NCBI GenBank assembly: GCA_965204745.1
Contig: OZ242010.1
Span: 3,296,001 to 3,360,000 of the forward strand
Source: Candidatus Latescibacterota bacterium
Lineage (GTDB): Bacteria > Latescibacterota > UBA2968
Length of the DNA: 64,000 nt
Reading direction: 5' to 3'
Below, one piece after another: positions 56,641-64,000 of this stretch. Position numbers and translations under genes: made by a program. The notes under the pieces are model-generated. The model did not search any database. It was given only the letters and a program-made list of their open reading frames with translations, and had not been told where the DNA came from. Position 1 is the first letter of the stretch. Each line of letters starts with the position of its first letter.

Positions 56641-58116
56641 ATGATTCAACCCGATTTCAAAACCGTGAAACAATTGGCCCGAGGCTGTGGGCTCGTTCCC
56701 ATCGCCAAGGAGCTCCTCGCGGATACCGAGACGCCGGTTTCGGCCTATTTGAAAATTCGCGCCCAGTCGTCTTATGCGTTCTTGTTTGAAAGCGTGGTGG
56801 GCGGCGAGCAAATTGGGCGATACTCGTTTTTGGGCGTGGATCCGTTTTTGATTTTCCGGTCGCGCGGCGCGAAAATTGCGATAGAAGACGCGGGTACTGG
56901 GCAGGTGCGGGAATTTGAGGGAGACCCGATTGCGGAATTGCGCGGGCTGTTGGCGAGCTACCGGTCGCAACGCGTCGAAGGCTTTCCCCGATTCACGGGC
57001 GGCGCAGTGGGCTATGTGAGCTACGACGCCGTGCGGTTGATCGAGCGCATTCCCAATACGGTTGAAGACGATCTGCACATGGACGATGTGTTGCTGATGT
57101 TTTTCGATTCCGTGCTGGCATTTGACAATGTGACGCACAAAGTACACGTGATGGTCAATGTGCATACCGCGGGCGATTTGGCGGCGAATTACGCGGAGGC
57201 GGTCGAGCGGATAGACGCGCTCATCGAGACCCTGGCGCGGCCGGTCGCCGCGGCCATGAAACCGGGGACGAGTTCGTGCGCGGTGACGTCCAATACGAGC
57301 AAAGAGGCGTATATGGACATCGTGGCGCGATGCAGGGAGTACATCGTCGCGGGCGATATTTTTCAAGTTGTGCCCTCGCAGCGATTCGCGATGGATGTGA
57401 GCGTGGATGCCTTGGCGATTTATCGGGCATTGCGAACCGTGAACCCGTCGCCGTATATGTTTCACGTCGATTTGAAAGATCACCAACTCGTGGGCGCGTC
57501 GCCCGAGTTGCTCGTCCGAGTCGAAGACGGCGTGGTGCAGGTGCGACCGATTGCGGGCACGCGCTGGCGCGGCAAAACAGCGGCCGAAGATCGGGCACTG
57601 GCGAGGGAGTTGTTGACCGACGAAAAAGAGCGCGCCGAGCACATTATGCTGCTGGATTTGGGCCGCAACGACATCGGGCGCGTGTCCCGCTTCAACAGCG
57701 TGCGCGTGACCGAACAGATGGCGATAGAACGCTATTCGCACGTCATGCACATCGTTTCAAACGTGCGCGGCGAGTTGCTCGATGAGGTGGATGCCTTAGA
57801 CGCGCTTTTTGCCTGCTATCCGGCCGGCACCGTGTCCGGCGCGCCCAAAATTCGGGCGATGGAGATCATCGACGAGATGGAGACCACGCGCCGAGGGCCG
57901 TATGCTGGCGCCGTGGGCTATATCGACTTTGCGGGCAACCTGGATACGTGCATCGCCATTCGCACCATGCTGATCAAAGACGGCAAGGCGTACGTGCAAG
58001 CAGGCGGCGGCGTGGTGTTCGATTCGGATCCGGAATACGAATACCATGAGACCGTGAACAAGGCACGCGCCCTGTTTCGGGCCGTGGAAATGGCAGAGAG
58101 AGGAGCATGGGTGTGA
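56641..58116 (+). CDS. trpE: Anthranilate synthase component I
   Basis: [48 protein letters not shown]. Confidence 0.95.
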   Translation: MIQPDFKTVKQLARGCGLVPIAKELLADTETPVSAYLKIRAQSSYAFLFESVVGGEQIGRYSFLGVDPFLIFRSRGAKIAIEDAGTGQVREFEGDPIAELRGLLASYRSQRVEGFPRFTGGAVGYVSYDAVRLIERIPNTVEDDLHMDDVLLMFFDSVLAFDNVTHKVHVMVNVHTAGDLAANYAEAVERIDALIETLARPVAAAMKPGTSSCAVTSNTSKEAYMDIVARCREYIVAGDIFQVVPSQRFAMDVSVDALAIYRALRTVNPSPYMFHVDLKDHQLVGASPELLVRVEDGVVQVRPIAGTRWRGKTAAEDRALARELLTDEKERAEHIMLLDLGRNDIGRVSRFNSVRVTEQMAIERYSHVMHIVSNVRGELLDEVDALDALFACYPAGTVSGAPKIRAMEIIDEMETTRRGPYAGAVGYIDFAGNLDTCIAIRTMLIKDGKAYVQAGGGVVFDSDPEYEYHETVNKARALFRAVEMAERGAWV

Positions 58117-58676
58117 TTCTCGTCATCGACAATTACGATTCCTTCACGTACAACCTCGTGCAGTATCTCGGGGAATTGGGGGCAAATCTCATCGTGCATC
58201 GCAACGATGCCATCTCGCTTGAAGAGATCGCGGAAATCGCACCGGATAAGATCGTCATTTCCCCCGGCCCGTGTACGCCCAATGAAGCGGGCATTTCCAT
58301 CGCGCTGGTGCAGCACTTTGCCGGGCAAATCCCGATCTTGGGGGTTTGCCTGGGGCATCAGGCCATCGGGCAGGCGTTTGGCGGCGCAGTTGTCGGCGCG
58401 CCGATCATTATGCACGGGAAGGTGTCGGAAATCCACCACGCGGCGCAGTCTGTTTTTTGCGGCCTGCCCAATCCCTTTATCGCCACGCGGTATCACTCCT
58501 TGGTGGTCGCACGCGAAAGCCTGCCCGATTGCCTCGCCATTACGGCCGAGACCGACGATGGCACGATCATGGGCTTGCGCCACAAAGACCATGCCGTGGA
58601 TGGCGTGCAATTTCATCCAGAATCCATTTTGACGGGCGAGGGGAAAAGCCTGTTGCAAAACTTCCTCGATGCCTGA
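58113..58676 (+). CDS. trpG: Anthranilate synthase component II (glutamine amidotransferase)
   Basis: [30 protein letters not shown]; GTGA overlap with trpE (ATG 58107 is an alternative start). Confidence 0.93.
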   Translation: MILVIDNYDSFTYNLVQYLGELGANLIVHRNDAISLEEIAEIAPDKIVISPGPCTPNEAGISIALVQHFAGQIPILGVCLGHQAIGQAFGGAVVGAPIIMHGKVSEIHHAAQSVFCGLPNPFIATRYHSLVVARESLPDCLAITAETDDGTIMGLRHKDHAVDGVQFHPESILTGEGKSLLQNFLDA

Positions 58677-58691
58677 GCGGAGAACGAGACC

Positions 58692-59813
58692 ATGATCAAC
58701 GCTTTCTTCGTCAGAAATTTCAGACTGTTCAACCGCCTCGACCTTCCCCGCTTGAGACGAGTCAATCTCATCGCCGGGAAAAACGGCTCCGGCAAGAGCG
58801 CGTTGTTAGAGGCGATCCGCCTCTACGCGAGCCATGCGGCCCCTTGGGTGTTGGCCGATCTCGTCTTGACAAGAAAAGAACACGGTTTTGACGAACCCGC
58901 TTCGGGGCAAGTGCTCAGGCATTTGTTCTGTGGGCATCAACTTCCCGAACTCAATGCCGAGGGGATTCGCATTGGCGAGTCAGCAGAGGAATATTGCCAT
59001 CTCACCACAGAGGCTTATGTGCAGTTGGAAGGCGGTTATGTCCAACGAGTGCCGTCCCCGCAACCGGTCATGGCAAAGGATGAACCGCTTATGGGATCCC
59101 CCCTCACGACAAAGGACATCAAAAAATTATCCGACGATATTTCTTTTCGAGACCGGTATCTCGTTTTAGAATACAAAGGGCAAACGCACCCGCTGGTCAA
59201 CCTAGACAAGCGTTTGAAGGATCAGCCGAGGTCCGCGCACGATCACAGCCGCTATGCCGTGCAAGTGGTGCGACCCCGATCCGCAGACCCAAATGAATTG
59301 GCTTCTCTGTGGGACAAGACCGTGCTGACGAGTTTGGAAGCCGAGGTGATCGCCGGCCTACAACTGATCGAGCGCGACATAAACCGGCTTTCGTTTGTCG
59401 ATGCAGAAGATTTTCGCGTTCGGATTCCGATGGTTCAACACCGCGATTCCCCAGAGCCATTGTCGCTCCAAAGTTTCGGCGAGGGCATTTTGCGTTTGTT
59501 TGACATTCTCCTTTCTTTGGTCAATGCGAAAAATGGCATTTTGTTGATCGATGAATTGGAAAACGGGTTGCACTACAAAATCCATCCCCAAGTCTGGGAC
59601 CTCATCTTTCGGCTGTCGCAAAAATTAAATGTTCAAATTTTTGCAACCACGCACAGTTGGGACTGCATCCGGGGCTTTAAGGCCGCCTGGCGCGAAGACT
59701 TAGATGCGGGTACATTTTTCCGCTTGGATGTGAAAGTGGATAAAGTCAAACCGACCTATTACGACCGCGAAGTGTTGAATGATGCGTTGCGGTTGGATAT
59801 TGAGGTTCGCTAA
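58692..59813 (+). CDS. ABC-type AAA_15/AAA_21 ATPase
   Basis: GKNGSGKS Walker A, SFGEG signature, LLIDELENGLH, TTHS. Confidence 0.85.
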   Translation: MINAFFVRNFRLFNRLDLPRLRRVNLIAGKNGSGKSALLEAIRLYASHAAPWVLADLVLTRKEHGFDEPASGQVLRHLFCGHQLPELNAEGIRIGESAEEYCHLTTEAYVQLEGGYVQRVPSPQPVMAKDEPLMGSPLTTKDIKKLSDDISFRDRYLVLEYKGQTHPLVNLDKRLKDQPRSAHDHSRYAVQVVRPRSADPNELASLWDKTVLTSLEAEVIAGLQLIERDINRLSFVDAEDFRVRIPMVQHRDSPEPLSLQSFGEGILRLFDILLSLVNAKNGILLIDELENGLHYKIHPQVWDLIFRLSQKLNVQIFATTHSWDCIRGFKAAWREDLDAGTFFRLDVKVDKVKPTYYDREVLNDALRLDIEVR

Positions 59814-60451
59814 TGCCTGTCCAGAATCGAGAACGCCTGTTTGATGAGCCACGGTTATTGCTCGTGGAAGGGAAAGATGATTTCCATGTGATCTCGGCAC
59901 TTTGTGAAGTGAATGAATTGCCTGAAAATTTCTCGATCTTTGATTGTGGTTCAGATGAGGAAGTGTTCAATGCGTTACGCGCGTTGTTGTCACGAGCCGA
60001 TCCCCCTGAAACCGTCGGCGTTGTGTTAGACGCAGATGAAAAGGTCGAAAGCCGCTGGCAGAGCATTCGGGATAAATTGCAACATTATCCCTACCGCTTA
60101 CCGGATGTGCCGGATCCCGGAGGGACAATTGTCGAAGCGGTCGAAGATCTGCCGCGCCTCGGTTTTTGGCTGATGCCGAATAACGTCGATCCGGGGATGT
60201 TGGAGGATTTTTGTCGGCAACTTGCCCCTGATGATGCGATTGCGTTTGCAGAGGATTGCGTGACGCAGGCGCGAAAAAAATCATTTGCCACGTTTCGGGA
60301 CGCGCATCGATCCAAAGCCGTGGTGCATACGTATTTGGCATGGCAAGACGAACCCGGCAAGCCCTTGGGACAATCCATTACCGCACGAGTTTTGCAACCC
60401 AAGACGACAATCGCCGCGACATTTGCCGATTGGTTGCGCGCATTGTACTGA
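59813..60451 (+). CDS. DUF3226-like (TOPRIM-like) protein
   Basis: LLVEGKDD, VLDAD, WLMPNN..PGMLEDF, SKA.VHTYLAWQDEPG; TAATG coupling. Confidence 0.75.
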   Translation: MPVQNRERLFDEPRLLLVEGKDDFHVISALCEVNELPENFSIFDCGSDEEVFNALRALLSRADPPETVGVVLDADEKVESRWQSIRDKLQHYPYRLPDVPDPGGTIVEAVEDLPRLGFWLMPNNVDPGMLEDFCRQLAPDDAIAFAEDCVTQARKKSFATFRDAHRSKAVVHTYLAWQDEPGKPLGQSITARVLQPKTTIAATFADWLRALY

Positions 60452-60461
60452 GGAGACGAGC

Positions 60462-61475
60462 ATGAACATGCAAAAAGCGATAGCAAAAGCGATCGACGGC
60501 GATGACCTGCGCCGCGATGAGATGGTCGATGTGATGAATCAGATCATGTCGGGCGAGGCGACGGATGCACAGATCGGCGCGTTTTTGATCGCGTTGCGGC
60601 TGAAGGGCGAAAGCGTGGATGAAATCGCAGGCGCCGCAGCGGTGATGCGCGAAAAAGCCACCCCCATTGCCACAAAGCACGACGTGATCGTGGATACCTG
60701 CGGCACTGGGGGCGATCATTCGGGCACGTTCAACATTTCGACCACCGCGGCATTTGTCGCGGCCGGCGCGGGCTTGTGCGTTGCCAAACACGGCAATCGC
60801 GCCGCGACGAGTCAGAGCGGTAGCGCGGATGTGCTCATGGCTTTGGGGGTCAATATCGAGGCATCGCCCGAAACCGTGAGCCAATGTCTCGACGAGGTGG
60901 GCATCGGATTTTTGTTTGCCCCTGCATTGCACGGGGCCATGAAATACGCCATCGGGCCGCGCCGGGAACTCGGGGTGCGGACCATTTTTAACGCGCTGGG
61001 GCCATTGACCAACCCCGCGGGCGCGAGGCGGCAGGTGATCGGCGTGTACAGCGCGGCATTGACCGAAACGCTAGCAGGTGTTTTGGCGACGCTGGGGGCA
61101 GAACGCGCTTACGTCGTTCACGGGGCGGACGGTTTGGATGAAATGACCCTCACGGGCCCGACAAAGGTGAGCGAACTCAAGGACGGGGCCGTTTCGACAT
61201 ATCGCGTTTCGCCGGGGGAGGTCGGCTTGGGCCAAGCGCGTGCCGACGCGCTCAAAGGCGGCGATGCCGATAGCAATGCCGCGATCACCCTGTCGGTCTT
61301 AAAAGGCGCGGAAGGCCCGGCGCGCGACATCGTGTTGCTCAATGCCGCCGCCGCCATTGTCGCAGGCGGTAAAGCGAGCGATTTGCGCGAAGGCGTTCAG
61401 GTCGCTGCGGAGGCGATTGATTCGGGCAGGGCAATGGCGAAATTGGAGGCTCTGATTGAGGCGAGCAATCGGTAA
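60462..61475 (+). CDS. trpD: Anthranilate phosphoribosyltransferase
   Basis: DTCGTGGD, NIST, KHGN, GSAD, GLDE motifs; AGGAG RBS. Confidence 0.95.
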   Translation: MNMQKAIAKAIDGDDLRRDEMVDVMNQIMSGEATDAQIGAFLIALRLKGESVDEIAGAAAVMREKATPIATKHDVIVDTCGTGGDHSGTFNISTTAAFVAAGAGLCVAKHGNRAATSQSGSADVLMALGVNIEASPETVSQCLDEVGIGFLFAPALHGAMKYAIGPRRELGVRTIFNALGPLTNPAGARRQVIGVYSAALTETLAGVLATLGAERAYVVHGADGLDEMTLTGPTKVSELKDGAVSTYRVSPGEVGLGQARADALKGGDADSNAAITLSVLKGAEGPARDIVLLNAAAAIVAGGKASDLREGVQVAAEAIDSGRAMAKLEALIEASNR

Positions 61476-61477
61476 GG

Positions 61478-61575
61478 ATCAGTTGTCAGTTGTCAGTTGT
61501 CAGTTGTCAGTTATCAGTCCCCAACCCCGCTGCTGTCCCACCTCTCCCGTCTCACCTCTCCCGTCTCACCATTTC
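61478..61575. repeat. Heptamer arrays (AGTTGTC)x4 and (CCTCTCC CGTCTCA)x2
   Basis: Seen directly in the trpD-groES intergenic region. Confidence 0.8.
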
Positions 61576-61619
61576 CCCTTGCGTCCATTTGGGCGAGTTT
61601 GTATATTCTACTTTCGCCT

Positions 61620-61646
61620 TTGGCACTCTGCACAACGGAGTGCCAA
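61620..61646. promoter_or_regulatory. CIRCE element (HrcA operator)
   Basis: TTGGCACTC-N9-GAGTGCCAA upstream of groES. Confidence 0.92.
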
Positions 61647-61680
61647 CGCCTTTAACCATATCGTTCAAGGAGGTTTTTAG

Positions 61681-63605
<1,925 letters not shown>

Positions 63606-63630
63606 ATCGCGTGCTCGGCATGCTTCACGA

Positions 63631-63659
63631 GGGGTTGACCACGGGTCAGCCCCTTTTTT
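63631..63659 (+). terminator. Rho-independent terminator after groEL
   Basis: GGGGTTGACC-ACG-GGTCAGCCCC followed by T6. Confidence 0.88.
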
Positions 63660-63755
63660 GTTTGGTTGAATTTATGGGGAAATTTGTCTATATTACGGGC
63701 ACATAAAGAAAATTTAAGCGCGTATTTGTCGATCACCCATCAATGAAAGGACAGT

Positions 63756-64000
63756 ATGGCAAAAACAAACCCTCAAGTTGACGAACCCCAAGACGCGACA
63801 ACCCAACGTCCGTCAAAAAAGCGCGCGACGAAGAAGCCGACCAAGAAGCCGGTGAAGAAACAGCGGGCGGATCAAACGACCGACGAAGCCACCACATCCT
63901 CGGCGCCGCGGACCACCAAAAAGCGCGCGACGAAGAAGCCCGCCAAGAAAGCCAAGAAGCCGGTGAAGAAACAGCGGGCGACCTCAAAACAAGAGAATGC
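63756..64000 (+). CDS. Lys/Arg-rich low-complexity N-terminus (histone-H1-like), runs off window end
   Basis: GAAAGGA RBS; MAKTNPQVDEPQDATTQRPSKKRATKKPTKKPVKKQRA... with an internal duplication. Confidence 0.6.
   Translation, partial: MAKTNPQVDEPQDATTQRPSKKRATKKPTKKPVKKQRADQTTDEATTSSAPRTTKKRATKKPAKKAKKPVKKQRATSKQEN

Noticed and set aside
60285-60461. N-terminal extension of TrpD
   Set aside because: Overlaps the DUF3226 gene; AGGAG RBS supports ATG 60462

Overview
Bacterial window. PorV, a T9SS-type cargo protein and a giant YWTD-propeller protein suggest an FCB-superphylum organism, possibly a host-associated one (inference). It has three parts. (1) 1-21.9 kb is an accessory surface region: DUF2723/TMEM260-like and two TMTC-like GT-C glycosyltransferases flank a 2464-aa YWTD/CARDB repeat protein, alongside an Rpn gene and IS630/IS110 elements. 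(2) 21.9-43 kb is a defence island built around a type III R-M res/mod pair, with mod split by an IS701. It also holds an SDH/Clp-fold protease, a short type II CBASS (CD-NTase, E2, patatin), XRE-ImmA plus PIN, higBA remnants and a Schlafen/AlbA_2 protein ending in a VapB-like tail just before vapC. (3) 43-64 kb is mostly housekeeping: nagA, porV, rfbD, dpm1-like, ABC transporter, an attenuated trpE-G-D operon interrupted by an AAA_21/DUF3226 pair, and CIRCE-groES-groEL. The clearest signal is three IS110 copies whose left end contains a readable bridge RNA with four guides matching the element ends and the genome's own heptamer repeats. Other highlights are cassettes bounded by duplications of the res and mod 3' ends, the Schlafen-VapB fusion, and gene-within-gene starts. 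All family assignments come from motif recognition, not database searches.
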